Of a stretch of 64,000 nucleotides of DNA, positions 30,884-41,520 are shown one piece after another; position 1 is the stretch's first letter, and every line of letters starts with the position of its first letter. Made by a program: the position numbers and the translations under genes. The notes beneath the pieces were generated by a model. The model ran no database searches. It had not been told where the DNA came from and worked only from the letters and a program-made list of their open reading frames with translations. Origin of the DNA: Gammaproteobacteria bacterium. GTDB taxonomy: Bacteria; Pseudomonadota; Gammaproteobacteria; GCA-001735895. The stretch is from positions 160,001 through 224,000 of the forward strand of contig JBNKUM010000094.1 in assembly GCA_050298595.1 (NCBI GenBank), given 5' to 3'.

Positions 30884-31641
30884 AATAACGAGGGTCAGAT
30901 ACAAATTAAAAATATCGCGCAGAATTTTGGGGTCACGTAAGGCTGTCAATTATGATTAGACCCAAGCTAAACTTTATAGCAATGTATTTAATGCATGCAG
31001 GGAATTCGAGAGACGGTTTACTAAATTCAACACCACTCGGGATGCGTTAGAGGAAATGTCCAGTGGACGTTTTCCTCCATGCATCCCCATGCCGTCAGAT
31101 CTAAAAATGATTTCTGTAGTGCTTTTGTGTTATCCGGTCTTGCTCATGATATCCAGTTCGTTTGAAATGGCCTGATTTTTTCTTATTAGGGTTCCCACTC
31201 TCATGTAGTCTTTTACTCCGGTTGCGATCATTATGCGTCAAATCATAGATGCGATGGCTGGCCAGGTTTAGCTTCCGTTTCAGTGTCTTTCGCTCAAATC
31301 GACTTAAGTGTCCATCCTTGTTGAATTGTCTGCTCAGAGTTTTTATGTGCCGGTGTTGTTTGCGTAGCTTATGGGCTTCTTTTTTGGTTAACTCACCCAT
31401 GCGAACCCCTTTATTGATGCGCTTATGCTGTCGTTCTATTCGGTCATCGAATTGTGAATAGCCACTATGATCAACGTGAGCCATTACCGGGTTTGAGAGC
31501 ACTGCTACCAGGGGTAAAACAAAAATAGTGTTAAAAAATTTCATAATTATCTCCAGTTGTTCATTCGGAAATTACTTTATGATTGATATACTGAATGGAT
31601 GCTGAACTGATAATCTTGTTCGGGGAAAAGCTCTGATTTAG
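30884..31641. repeat. Copy 1 of a duplicated segment of about 760 bp
   Basis: Colinear and highly similar to 35482-36240. Confidence 0.9.
31101..31544 (-). CDS. Secreted basic His/Arg-rich protein, copy 1
   Basis: Signal peptide; RQHKRINKGVRMGELTKKEA and DGHLSRFER repeats. Confidence 0.8.
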   Translation of the reverse strand: MKFFNTIFVLPLVAVLSNPVMAHVDHSGYSQFDDRIERQHKRINKGVRMGELTKKEAHKLRKQHRHIKTLSRQFNKDGHLSRFERKTLKRKLNLASHRIYDLTHNDRNRSKRLHESGNPNKKKSGHFKRTGYHEQDRITQKHYRNHF

Positions 31642-31861
31642 TTCTTAAGTGCCCCTTTTTTCCGGAAACATCTTGCTTTCAAGGTAGAGGCTTTGCCTAA
31701 AATCCATGGGAATTACTATTTACTTTTTTATTGGGTTTCGATTTCATGTTACTTGCCTGGAACTAAACCGGGTCGGACATAGGTAACTCCAGAAAGTGCT
31801 ACAGCATATGGGTGATGAGGTATAAAATGTGCGGATACCTAAAATACAGAAGTGATTAATC

Positions 31862-31950
31862 GCTAAAACTCTGACAGAGTATGAGAGAGTGACACCAGGA
31901 CGAGACGAGGAAATTGTGCAGGCGTATGCAAGCGGTATTCACTCTTATAT
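31862..31950 (+). pseudogene. RAYT C-terminal remnant
   Basis: AKTLTEYERVTPGRDEEIVQAYASG resembles the C-terminal HTH region of RAYTs; CTGACCC repeats follow. Confidence 0.45.
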
Positions 31951-31986
31951 GGCTGACCCTGAGACTCCTGACCTTGCGAGTATGTA

Positions 31987-32802
31987 ATGAACAAAAGTCC
32001 CGATCATTTAAATAATGCTTTGTTGAACGAAATCACTCTGGCTTTCAAAACGGCGGGTGTCAGAGTAGAGGACTTAAAACTTGAGGACCTGGGACGCATC
32101 GATGAATTTCATATTGGTGGTCGGCACGTCACCCACCTGATCACACAACAATTGAATCTCAGGGCTGATCAGCAGTTGCTTGATATAGGTTGCGGCATTG
32201 GCGGAACTGCACGTTATCTTGTCGATACCTATAACTGTGAGGTGACAGGTATAGATTCAAATTCCGAATATATTGCCACTGGGCAGACGCTAAATCACTG
32301 GGTAAAACTAGCAGATAAAATCGATTTAAACTGTTGTAACGCATTAGATCTGCCTTATGATTCAAATAACTTTGATTGCGCCTGTATGCTACATGTAGGG
32401 ATGAATATTGATGACAAGTCAACATTATTCTCAGAAATTTATCGTGTAATAAATGCGCAGGGAAAGTTGCTTATCTATGATGTGATGTTGACTGACTGTG
32501 CGCAACCAGAATATCCATTGCCCTGGGCTGATGATGCTTCAGAATCATATTTAGAAACACTTAACGACTATCTGAAACGATTAACTGCAGCAGGTTTTAA
32601 AATCGACAGGACGCAGGGCCATCGCGATACAGCTTTAAAAAGTATCAATGCATTGCGTGATTTCCGGCGCAGCAGTAATAAACCAGACATGCCGGGACTG
32701 GAGATACTCATGGGGCAAACCTTTTCTCAAAAGATTAGTAACTTGACGGCTGGTTTGACTGCCGGGTTAATTGCTCCGTTTGAAATAATTGCCAGTAAAT
32801 AA
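31987..32802 (+). CDS. Class I SAM-dependent methyltransferase
   Basis: DEFHIGG, LDIGCGIGG, HVGMNI, YPLPWA. Confidence 0.88.
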   Translation: MNKSPDHLNNALLNEITLAFKTAGVRVEDLKLEDLGRIDEFHIGGRHVTHLITQQLNLRADQQLLDIGCGIGGTARYLVDTYNCEVTGIDSNSEYIATGQTLNHWVKLADKIDLNCCNALDLPYDSNNFDCACMLHVGMNIDDKSTLFSEIYRVINAQGKLLIYDVMLTDCAQPEYPLPWADDASESYLETLNDYLKRLTAAGFKIDRTQGHRDTALKSINALRDFRRSSNKPDMPGLEILMGQTFSQKISNLTAGLTAGLIAPFEIIASK

Positions 32803-33569
32803 TCAGCAGCGCTAAAAAAAAATTTAATTGTCCATTGTTTAGAGGATATTATTGACTAATTTTTATTCCCTGTGAACAAGAATAAGGGGGCAGGTTTTTT
32901 GATTTAGGATCAACCTTTTTAAATATAATTAGACTCGTATACTTTAATAATATTTATTTTCCGGTCATTTTTTATTAGGTAGCTTGAAGCATTTAGACAA
33001 AATTTATGAAACTGTAATAAGAAATAGTTTGACATTAAAAAAATCGAAGCGTATTTTCAAAAATTAGAAAGCAGTCTTCATGGATCAAACAGGAAGTTAG
33101 TTTGGAAGTGCTCTGCAGTCTCTATGCAAAATAAATAATAATCGCATAAAGGCAGGGGGGTATTTATACAACAAGCCATATTGGGTATAGAAGATCAAAA
33201 GCTAGTTTTTCATCAGAGAAAATTGGCGCCCGAAATATTTCTAGTAAAGTCGTTGCCTCTCTTTTACATTAATTTGAGCAACCAAGGTTACCGTGTTTTT
33301 CAGTAGTGGCTCAGTATTTTTGCATTAGGCTAAAAGCTAGACCTGAGCCTGTTGTCTTCAATTCAGGGTGGATTGCCTGATGATTTTGTTAAAAAAATTA
33401 GGAATTGATACATCAAAAACATATGTGGATTTGTCCTCTGCAAAAGATGTTTTAAATAGACATACCCATATAGAAGAGAGAACTTTCTCATTATCAAAAA
33501 AAGAAATATACCTTCTCTCAGAGTAATGCCTTCAGGCCTTTGAAACATACATTACAATAATTGATGAAT

Positions 33570-33945
33570 GTAAAGAGAGGATTAGTAATAACATAATTGA
33601 TGAAGTAGATAGACACCTTAATTAATAAAGTTGTTTCCGGTGGAGTTGATGAAATTGGAGAAATAGCTACCCATAGCTGGTTTGATGAAATCTTAATTGA
33701 TTAGGTTGTCGTTGATAAAATATTGGCAAAAACAGTACTGCTAACAGTATTCGGAAATATCGGAGTAGGACTACAGTATGGATCTAATTCGGATGTAAGA
33801 GATGATATTGGTTACGTTACTTCAGACTCTTTCCCGTATAGAGCAAATGTTACTGTTGTAATGAAACGCCCATTAGGTTCGCATACTAAAGTAATATCTC
33901 TAAATGTAGATACAGATAGTTTTATGAATGAAAAATGTACTAACA
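33570..33945 (+). pseudogene. Decayed gene resembling the pPIWI-associating nuclease domain
   Basis: EIATHSWFDEI...GLQYGSNSDVRDDIG...DSFPY with stops and frameshifts; family recognised from memory. Confidence 0.45.
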
Positions 33946-33994
33946 ATCTGCTGCATAGGATACGCTCGCTCTTCTGTGAGTCGGGGCGTTAGAA
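33938..33994 (+). mobile_element. attC-like site
   Basis: CTAACAATCTGCTGCATAGGA...CTGTGAG...GGGCGTTAG between a gene end and the next gene start. Confidence 0.5.
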
Positions 33995-34026
33995 TTTAGG
34001 AACTACACATACTGGAAAAAATAAAA

Positions 34027-34995
34027 ATGAAAACGGTACAATACTTCTATTTCTTCACAATTGCCCTTAGTTCGTTAATGATGATATCAGGTTGTCAATC
34101 AGCTAGTATAGAAGAACCTGTGCCAGCTTCAGAATCCGAAGATCCCAGCGCAGCAACGAAAATCGCTATCTACAATTCTAAATTAAAGTTTGCTCGCCTG
34201 GGAAGTCAGGGGAATGACTATCCTGAAATAATTAACTTAATAAGAGCAGCGGAAGAAACTGCAGCAACTGGTGAGGAAGATCAGGCAATTATGCTGGCTA
34301 ATCTCGCAAGTACCAAGATCGATTTATTACTGATATCAGCTTCAAAAACAGGTTTAAAAACTGCACCAAAAATTGTGGAAACCCTATTACCGAGATTCCC
34401 TTGGCCTCCTCCTAAACCATCTTCGATGGTCGTACTCCCAACGGCTTTTTTTACACACGAATCTGGGAATGAACTTCTACTTTCTGATATTGATGAAAAA
34501 ATCCTGCGTGCTCTTGACTCTTCAGGATATGTAGAACGCAGTTATCACGGTATCTCTGATGGGTTCGTGTTGGTAACACGTTTAGAAGCATTTAATTCTG
34601 ATGGAACTCCAAAACTGGGGGATGATCGATGGTCTAAAGATGTTAAACCACTCAGCAATTTCACGTTAGCAGGATATCTCAAGGCTTTATTTACTAGCAA
34701 TCCTGGTTTCTTTAGGGTAATTGTTTTTGCTGTAACTCCTCACTCATTCAGTCCTGATACAAAAAAGGGAAAAGTAAGTCGACCCGAGGCTATAGATTGG
34801 ATTTCTAAAGGTGCAAATGTCTTACCAATACCTATAGCCAGCCAAAAGTATTCGAGTCACTATTCTTGTACCGCACTAGTTTATGAGTTCAAGAAAGAAG
34901 CGGTCGATAAAACTGCTAAGACAGAAGTTCCTGGTAGCTTACCCGCTAAAGTCCACCTTCAGAGATCAGGCATATGGCAAGGACTAAACCAATGA
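34027..34995 (+). CDS. Hypothetical lipoprotein
   Basis: Lipobox ISGC; conserved-looking C-terminal domain PRFPWPPP...GFVLVTRLE...YLKALF...FRVIVF. Confidence 0.8.
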   Translation: MKTVQYFYFFTIALSSLMMISGCQSASIEEPVPASESEDPSAATKIAIYNSKLKFARLGSQGNDYPEIINLIRAAEETAATGEEDQAIMLANLASTKIDLLLISASKTGLKTAPKIVETLLPRFPWPPPKPSSMVVLPTAFFTHESGNELLLSDIDEKILRALDSSGYVERSYHGISDGFVLVTRLEAFNSDGTPKLGDDRWSKDVKPLSNFTLAGYLKALFTSNPGFFRVIVFAVTPHSFSPDTKKGKVSRPEAIDWISKGANVLPIPIASQKYSSHYSCTALVYEFKKEAVDKTAKTEVPGSLPAKVHLQRSGIWQGLNQ

Positions 34996-35447
34996 CTAAA
35001 AAAATATCGATTTCTATTTGCAAAAAAAGGCTTGCTACTACATGGTTTGTAGGCGCAGGCATTCTCTTTCTTCTATTCTTTATCCAATCAGTTCTCGGTC
35101 GATTCTCTGATCGCATTATGGATGCATGGGGCTGGTTTTTGCCTAACCTAGTCCCAACTCTATCATTAATAATTGGTGTTCTGGTGTCAGAAACTATTAA
35201 AGATAATCAAAATAACAAAGAGATAGATCCCTTTATTTTTAAGCTAGCATTAGCTTTATCATATGCCTACTTCATTATTCTATCATCTACAATATTACTT
35301 AAGCCATTTAATAATTCACCACTAATAGAGTATCTAAACACTTCAAATTTATGGCTTGCCCCATTACAAGGTTTGGCTACTGCAGCACTAGGAGTTTTTT
35401 TTGTTAACGCTGAGAAAAATGAAGAATTAGACAAGTTAAGCAATTGA
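34992..35447 (+). CDS. Hypothetical membrane protein (about 4 TM helices)
   Basis: ATGA overlap with the upstream gene; AWGWFLPNLVPTLSLIIGV. Confidence 0.75.
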   Translation: MTKKISISICKKRLATTWFVGAGILFLLFFIQSVLGRFSDRIMDAWGWFLPNLVPTLSLIIGVLVSETIKDNQNNKEIDPFIFKLALALSYAYFIILSSTILLKPFNNSPLIEYLNTSNLWLAPLQGLATAALGVFFVNAEKNEELDKLSN

Positions 35448-35481
35448 TGACCCATAAAAATATCAGAGCGTTAAATGCCCG

Positions 35482-36240
35482 AATAACGAGGGTCAGAATA
35501 ACGAGGATCAGATACAAATTAAAAATATTACGCAGAGATTTGGGGTCACGTAAGGCTGTTAATTATGTTTAGACCAAAGCTAAACTCTCTAGCAATGTAT
35601 TTAATGCATACAGGGAATTCCGGGGACGGTTTACTTAATTTAACACTACTCGGGATGCGTTAGAGGAAATGTCCAGTGGAAGTGTTCCTCCATGCATCCA
35701 AATTTCGTCACATCTAACAATGATTTCTGTAATACTTTCGTGTTACTCGGTCTTGATCATGAAGTCGAGTTCGTTTGAAATGGCCAGAATGTTTCTTATT
35801 AGGGTTACCACTATCATGTAGTCTTTTATTCCGGTTGCGATCATTATGCGTCAAATCATAGATGCGATGGCTGGCCAGGTTTAGTTCCCGTTTTAGTGTC
35901 TTCCGTTCAAACCGACTTAAGTGTCCATCCTTGTTGAATTGCCTGCTCAGCTTTTTTATGTGCCGGTGTTGTTTGCGCAGCTTATGGGCTTCTTTTTTTG
36001 TCAACTCACCCATGCGAACCCCTTTATTGATGCGCTTATGTTGTCGTTCTATTCGGTTATCGAATTTTGAATAGCCACTATGATCATAGTGAGCCATTAC
36101 GGGGTTTGAGAGTACCGCCATCAGGGGTAAAACGAAAACAGTGTTAAAAAATTTCATAATTATCTCCAGTTGTTCGTTCGGAAATTACTTTATGATTGAT
36201 ATGCTGAATGGATGCTGTTCCGGGAAAAACTCTGATTTAG
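35482..36240. repeat. Copy 2 of the duplicated segment
   Basis: Matches 30884-31641. Confidence 0.9.
35714..36157 (-). CDS. Secreted basic His/Arg-rich protein, copy 2
   Basis: 147 aa close paralog of 31101-31544. Confidence 0.8.
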   Translation of the reverse strand: MKFFNTVFVLPLMAVLSNPVMAHYDHSGYSKFDNRIERQHKRINKGVRMGELTKKEAHKLRKQHRHIKKLSRQFNKDGHLSRFERKTLKRELNLASHRIYDLTHNDRNRNKRLHDSGNPNKKHSGHFKRTRLHDQDRVTRKYYRNHC

Positions 36241-36293
36241 GAGGCGGGGGGGCAGGTCTATCCTTTATCCTATCAATCCGATAGTCTTTATCC

Positions 36294-36385
36294 ATGTCAA
36301 GGCCCTTACGATCAGAATTCCCCGAAGCACTCTACCATCTCGCTTCCAGAGGGGATCCTCGTGAAGATATCTATGACGACGATAT
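36294..36385 (+). pseudogene. RAYT 5' fragment
   Basis: MSRPLRSEFPEALYHLASRGDPREDIYDDD; same upstream sequence as the fragment at 30672. Confidence 0.8.
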
Positions 36386-36468
36386 AAATGGTAGATTGCT
36401 GGATGAAATTTAGCGAATTGATATACGTGGATTGGGCTTCTATACTTCCTATCATTTAGGCGGAGGCC

Positions 36469-39318
36469 ATGGTGAAAAGAGTTCTCGTTTGTCTGGTTGT
36501 GGTTTTAATAGTACTGCTGTCCGCTTGCGGCGGTGGCTCCACCTCTTCAAACAACACTACGGGCGATAACACCAACCCGGGAACTACCCCCACTCAAATC
36601 CCGAATACGATTCCCGACCTCTCATGCACTTCGGGAACCGTGCAGACGGGCGTTTGCACAACCTACGGACTCAGCGGAACACATAGCCGTAGCTGTAACA
36701 CTTCCGGCGAGTGGGACGCCTGGAGCAACTGCACATCCGACCCACAGCTCCCTTCGGCCTCGGGCAATACCTATTACGTCTCCGCCAGCGGTCCCGACAT
36801 CGCCGACGATACCCTGCACGGCAGCGACGCGGCCCCCTGGAGAACTATTCAGTATGCGGTAACCCAACTGCAACCCAATGATACGCTAATCATCCGGCGC
36901 GGATACTATTTTGGAACAGTGACCATCAATAGCAGCGGCGACGTAGCCAACCGAATCACCATCCGTTCCGAAATCTCGCATGCCGCCAAACTGAGCGGCG
37001 GTATCACCATAAACGGCAGCTATGTCACCGTTTATGGACTGGATATCGAGCAGCCCACCTCCGGCACAGGCATCACCATCAACAACTCGCAAGGGGTGGA
37101 AATTCTCAGCAATCGAATCCACGACTGTCCGATGTACGGCATCAATGTCGCATCGACAGCGGCCGGTAATTATACCATCGGCGGCAATACGCTCAGCTAT
37201 AACGGACAGGCCGGGATCATTCTTCGCGGCGATAGCGGCACGGTGGAAAACAACAATATTCTGGAAGTGGTGGCTTTTCATCCCAAGCTATCCTCCGTCA
37301 ACGTCAGTAACGGCGACGATGCCGACGGCATCATCGTCGCGGGAAGCAATCACACCATCCGACGCAACCTCATCGCCAACTACAGCGATCCCCTGGATAC
37401 CCACAACTACTATCTGCCCGACCCGATCCACAACGCCCATGCGGACTGTTTCGACATGCGGGAGATTAGCGGAGTAACCGTTGAAGGCAACTACTGCTGG
37501 AGCAACTTTCACGTCAGCAAGGGACTTATCTTCAACGGTACCGGCGCCACCCGGGACAACGTAACCATTCGCAACAACATTTTCGAATACCGCGACGTCG
37601 GCATCAGCATTCATGCGGGCAGTTTTGCGGTACAGAACACCCACGTGTACAACAATCTGCTCAAAGCAAAGATCGACGATGTCATAGATTCATACCTGAA
37701 CCCCGGCACCGTTGCGAGCATACCGGGGGACTGCATCTCAATCTCTGGTGTTACCAACTACACCGTGTTCAATAATATTACCGTCGACTGCGACAACCAT
37801 AACATGGCAAACGTCACCGGCAACCCGGTAAAAATCACCGGTGGCACCGGCAGTGCCGACTATAACTTCTCATGGAATTCGGACGGTGCCGTATTCAGTG
37901 GCGCCAATCCCGGCGCGCACGGCAGCCTGAGCCTCGACCCTACATTTGTTGCCTACGACAGCAACGTGCACGGTAAAAACAATTACCGCCTGCAGGCAAC
38001 CTCCCCTCTCATTGGCAAGGGCACCGCAGGCATCAACGACACGAGCGCCACACTCATCACAGTGACCGACGACATCGATGGTCTGGCCCGCCCGCAGGAC
38101 ACCACCTACGAGCCCGGTCCCTATGAGTATTCAACCAACACCGCCGCCACACCCGATTTCATCTCCACTCATGTAAATTCGACTGCGCTGGAACTGACCC
38201 CGACCAGTTGCGCCGCGCCAGCCAGCACAGTCGACGTGCAGATAGCCCGCTGGTCCGGCAATAAACAGGGAGCGGTGATTATCCGCTTTGACGACAGCAC
38301 ACCGGGACATGCCCTGTGCGGACTCAAGGCATTCGGTGACCGCGATCTCACAGGAACCTGGTACATCAATCCGGGCGGTACTGCATTTAACGCCTCGATG
38401 CAGCACCCCACAACCGGCGAAACGATTGTCCTGGCGGACAGATGGAACAATGCACCGAACCTCGGCCAGGAGCTGGCCAACCACACGCAAAATCACAGCT
38501 ACGAAACCAGCCCCAGCGTGTGGCGCTCGGAAGTCGAACAGGCGGCAGACAAAATATGGGAGATCCGCCACGGCTTGCCGCTGAAAAAGAACGGCTCGTT
38601 AATGGCGTTCAACAATAGCAGCAGCGTCGCCTGGCCCTGGTCGCCCAGCGAGGAAGCGGTTATATTGAGCGACTTAAGTAACATTGAACGGCAAACCTAC
38701 ATGGGACCAACCTATCAGGCACAGGCCAACCCCACCTTCTCGGTGCCGGCCGGTTCCACCGCAGATGCAATGTATTGCAGTCACCCCAGCCTGAGCCTCA
38801 ACAGTGCCGGAGAGTGCGTTGACAGCGGCGGCACCGTCTACTCCAGTGGCGTCAATCAAGCAATAAACAGTGGCGTCATCTATCAGGCGGCGTTCCACGG
38901 CATTCTCAGCACCGCCACCGACAACTGCCCCGACTACACCAACACGGGCACAACAGATAGTGGCAATGCTGGTGTGCAGTTCGCCGAACTGGAAACCTTT
39001 CTCGACAGGGTTGCCGCGCAAAAAAGCAAAGTCTGGGTGGCGGGAGCCATTCAACTCTACAAATATACCCAGGAAGCACAACGCGCCAACATCCGCATGC
39101 ATCAGAGCTGCGCCGACAGAGTCTACTTCGATCTCACCACCGCCCTCGATCCGCTCTACGATGAACCGTTAACGCTCATCGTGACGGTTCCAACTGACTG
39201 GACGGCCTGTAGCGCGATGCAGGGTGGGCAGCAACTGGGATGTACAATCGACAGCAATGGCAAGGTATTAATCAACGTCGTCCCGAACAACGGTCGGATA
39301 GCACTGTTGAAGCAGTAA
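36469..39318 (+). CDS. Lipoprotein with a right-handed beta-helix and a polysaccharide deacetylase-like domain
   Basis: LSAC lipobox, YYVS...PWRTIQYAV, beta-helix repeats, IRFDD and ELANHT motifs; GC-rich relative to its flanks. Confidence 0.8.
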   Translation: MVKRVLVCLVVVLIVLLSACGGGSTSSNNTTGDNTNPGTTPTQIPNTIPDLSCTSGTVQTGVCTTYGLSGTHSRSCNTSGEWDAWSNCTSDPQLPSASGNTYYVSASGPDIADDTLHGSDAAPWRTIQYAVTQLQPNDTLIIRRGYYFGTVTINSSGDVANRITIRSEISHAAKLSGGITINGSYVTVYGLDIEQPTSGTGITINNSQGVEILSNRIHDCPMYGINVASTAAGNYTIGGNTLSYNGQAGIILRGDSGTVENNNILEVVAFHPKLSSVNVSNGDDADGIIVAGSNHTIRRNLIANYSDPLDTHNYYLPDPIHNAHADCFDMREISGVTVEGNYCWSNFHVSKGLIFNGTGATRDNVTIRNNIFEYRDVGISIHAGSFAVQNTHVYNNLLKAKIDDVIDSYLNPGTVASIPGDCISISGVTNYTVFNNITVDCDNHNMANVTGNPVKITGGTGSADYNFSWNSDGAVFSGANPGAHGSLSLDPTFVAYDSNVHGKNNYRLQATSPLIGKGTAGINDTSATLITVTDDIDGLARPQDTTYEPGPYEYSTNTAATPDFISTHVNSTALELTPTSCAAPASTVDVQIARWSGNKQGAVIIRFDDSTPGHALCGLKAFGDRDLTGTWYINPGGTAFNASMQHPTTGETIVLADRWNNAPNLGQELANHTQNHSYETSPSVWRSEVEQAADKIWEIRHGLPLKKNGSLMAFNNSSSVAWPWSPSEEAVILSDLSNIERQTYMGPTYQAQANPTFSVPAGSTADAMYCSHPSLSLNSAGECVDSGGTVYSSGVNQAINSGVIYQAAFHGILSTATDNCPDYTNTGTTDSGNAGVQFAELETFLDRVAAQKSKVWVAGAIQLYKYTQEAQRANIRMHQSCADRVYFDLTTALDPLYDEPLTLIVTVPTDWTACSAMQGGQQLGCTIDSNGKVLINVVPNNGRIALLKQ

Positions 39319-39783
39319 CAACCGGATATACAACAGCAAGGTCATATTGAATCTCTAACGGATGGTGTTGTATAGCCAACGCGCCGGACGGACAGCGCGC
39401 TCTGGGGTCACCCATTAGGCAAATGGTCAAGCGAAGGTATAAAAATATTCTCCCGATGTCCCGGGCTGATTCAATCACCGGTACATTTAAATTAGCGTGC
39501 CCGTCTTTTTATGGTAATGGTGCCACAGTAAGTGCTCACCAAGAGTTCACGGTCAGGTCTTTGATTTATGATCAAGTATTGTTCGAGTATTACAGCTCAC
39601 TTTCAAATTTTCTAAACGGCAACTTAGGGCCGATTGGAGTCAACTCAGTCACAATCTCGAACGACCACTTATTTGTCACTCCTGTTATTTGCTACAGCTC
39701 TTACTCAGGAATGACGGCAGTTTGCACTCGAGAAGAGCCATTGACTCTGTAGTATGGAATGTCCACTTTTTTATAACAGCCAA

Positions 39784-40410
39784 TTAACAGGTGTAATTTT
39801 TTTGATATACAACATCCCCCATGCATTTAATATGGTGGCCAATCATTTTATTAAATATTTCTAACAGGGGCTGATATTTATCAGGACCTTCCTCCAGACA
39901 GGAAAGCAAACCTACAATTGATTCCAGAGTTGAAACCAGTCCTGGTCCTGGTTGTTTTCTGATTTTATAATTTGATTGTTTCAGTTTATCTAGCTCAATA
40001 GCTGTCAACTGGTGCAAATTAGTTGATAAGTGCCATATCTTTTTAGCTTTACGCCAACTCGCATCAATAAATACAAAGGTATACTGACTAAGAGCATTTT
40101 CTTCAACAGCATGCTTTTGCTTAAATAAACTTAGTGACAATGCATTAGCAGTAGGAAATACAAGAAATACTTTATTAAGATTCTCATGAAGTATTTGATT
40201 TAGTTCCTGGTTGGAAGAAAAATCCTCACCAACATATCGAATGCATCGTTGCAAATATAAATCGGCAATAATCGCACTCCCTTTAGGATGACGAACTTCA
40301 TCCTTATGCTGCAATATAATAATGCCTGGTTTGTTATGAACTCGCTTTATCTTGCCACATAAACAGGCCGTTTTTGGGCGATAACACTGATAACAATATG
40401 CTCGACTCAT
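39784..40410 (-). CDS. DTW-domain tRNA-uridine aminocarboxypropyltransferase (TapT-like)
   Basis: CxxC...CLC, LQHKDE, DASW (DTW variant), STLES. Confidence 0.85.
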   Translation of the reverse strand: MSRAYCYQCYRPKTACLCGKIKRVHNKPGIIILQHKDEVRHPKGSAIIADLYLQRCIRYVGEDFSSNQELNQILHENLNKVFLVFPTANALSLSLFKQKHAVEENALSQYTFVFIDASWRKAKKIWHLSTNLHQLTAIELDKLKQSNYKIRKQPGPGLVSTLESIVGLLSCLEEGPDKYQPLLEIFNKMIGHHIKCMGDVVYQKNYTC

Positions 40411-40569
40411 ATCGATGATATTAACATTTAATAAAACACATTAAAGTTTATGTATTCTTGCTCATTATGCATACTAAGGATTAAACCCCGAGTATTTGGA
40501 AATTTATTTACAGTGGCTATCCCAAAAAATTAAAAGATTTTCTCCAAAACAATTTCGTCTAAAAAGAAT

Positions 40570-41385
40570 ATGAATGTAGCACAACAACCCGTAACTCTCA
40601 GCCGACTACGTCAGCAAATCCATGCCAGCTCAGCACTGGATATGGCGACCATGCTGCAGCACTACTTTGACTACCTGCGTCAACGTCTACATGCCGATAT
40701 GGTAGGGCTGCTCATCGCCTACCGGGGCAAGTATGTGGATGAGGTCTGGAAGGCAGACTTGCTTGATGACTGGAAGGTGATGGATTACATCACCCCGGCT
40801 GGCAATATCAGCAGCAACTGGGCTATGTGTGAAGCCTATTATCAACAGGCAAGGGCCAAGGGCATCGGCCCAGTGACCCGATACGCCCTCAAGCATACCG
40901 GGAAAACCCGCACCCACCGCTATTCTGATGTTATTCAGGATAATGATGAGGAGTGGCAGCAACACTGGAAGCGCGAAGCGTTGCAAGAGCAGAATGTGGG
41001 CGATCGTATGATAGGGGTTTACCACCTCGATGCCGAAGCGGAAAGCTACCTCATCGTCGACAGGGCTATGGCTGCCACCCCTTTCAGCAAGGAGGATGAA
41101 GCACGACTGATGGATTGTCTGCTCGAATTCCCTCGGCTGCACTACTGGTTATTTCTTGAGCGTGGTCTGCTTGCCCGGCACGAGCGACCCTGCTCACCCA
41201 AACAGCGTGAAATCATCCCATTGCTCTTCTCGAGTATGACCGAAAAGGATATCGCAGAAACCATTGGCGTATCGCGGGGGACAGCCCACGGATATATCGT
41301 GGACATCTACCGCAACTTCGGCGTCAACTCGCGGGCCGAACTGGCTAGCCTGTGGTTTGAAGCACTACCAGTCACAGAGTCGTAG
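40570..41385 (+). CDS. LuxR-type HTH transcriptional regulator
   Basis: C-terminal SPKQREI...EKDIAETIGVSRGTAHGYIVDIYRNFGVNSRAEL. Confidence 0.85.
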   Translation: MNVAQQPVTLSRLRQQIHASSALDMATMLQHYFDYLRQRLHADMVGLLIAYRGKYVDEVWKADLLDDWKVMDYITPAGNISSNWAMCEAYYQQARAKGIGPVTRYALKHTGKTRTHRYSDVIQDNDEEWQQHWKREALQEQNVGDRMIGVYHLDAEAESYLIVDRAMAATPFSKEDEARLMDCLLEFPRLHYWLFLERGLLARHERPCSPKQREIIPLLFSSMTEKDIAETIGVSRGTAHGYIVDIYRNFGVNSRAELASLWFEALPVTES

Positions 41386-41520
41386 TCTGCATCTCGCTAT
41401 CCTTGCTGATCGATCTGCCGGGTTATCTCCACAGTCAACTTTCAACTAAATAGTAGGGTCACAACCTCCCTCTGGCTGGGTATATTTCCATGTTTGCCCA
41501 GCATTATAGAGAATAGCTAA

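Noticed and set aside
36533-39172. Many alternative-frame and antisense ORFs (also within the fds, xrt and vWA genes)
   Set aside because: They are shadows of long GC-rich genes and carry no recognisable motifs
39560-39577. FNR box TTGAT...ATCAA (also near 32900 and 53750)
   Set aside because: The spacer is 5 nt rather than 4, and the motif is the tail of the GGGTCAGGTCTTTGA repeat
39423-39752. 109-aa ORF
   Set aside because: It spans a repeat junction, has no recognisable motifs and is probably spurious
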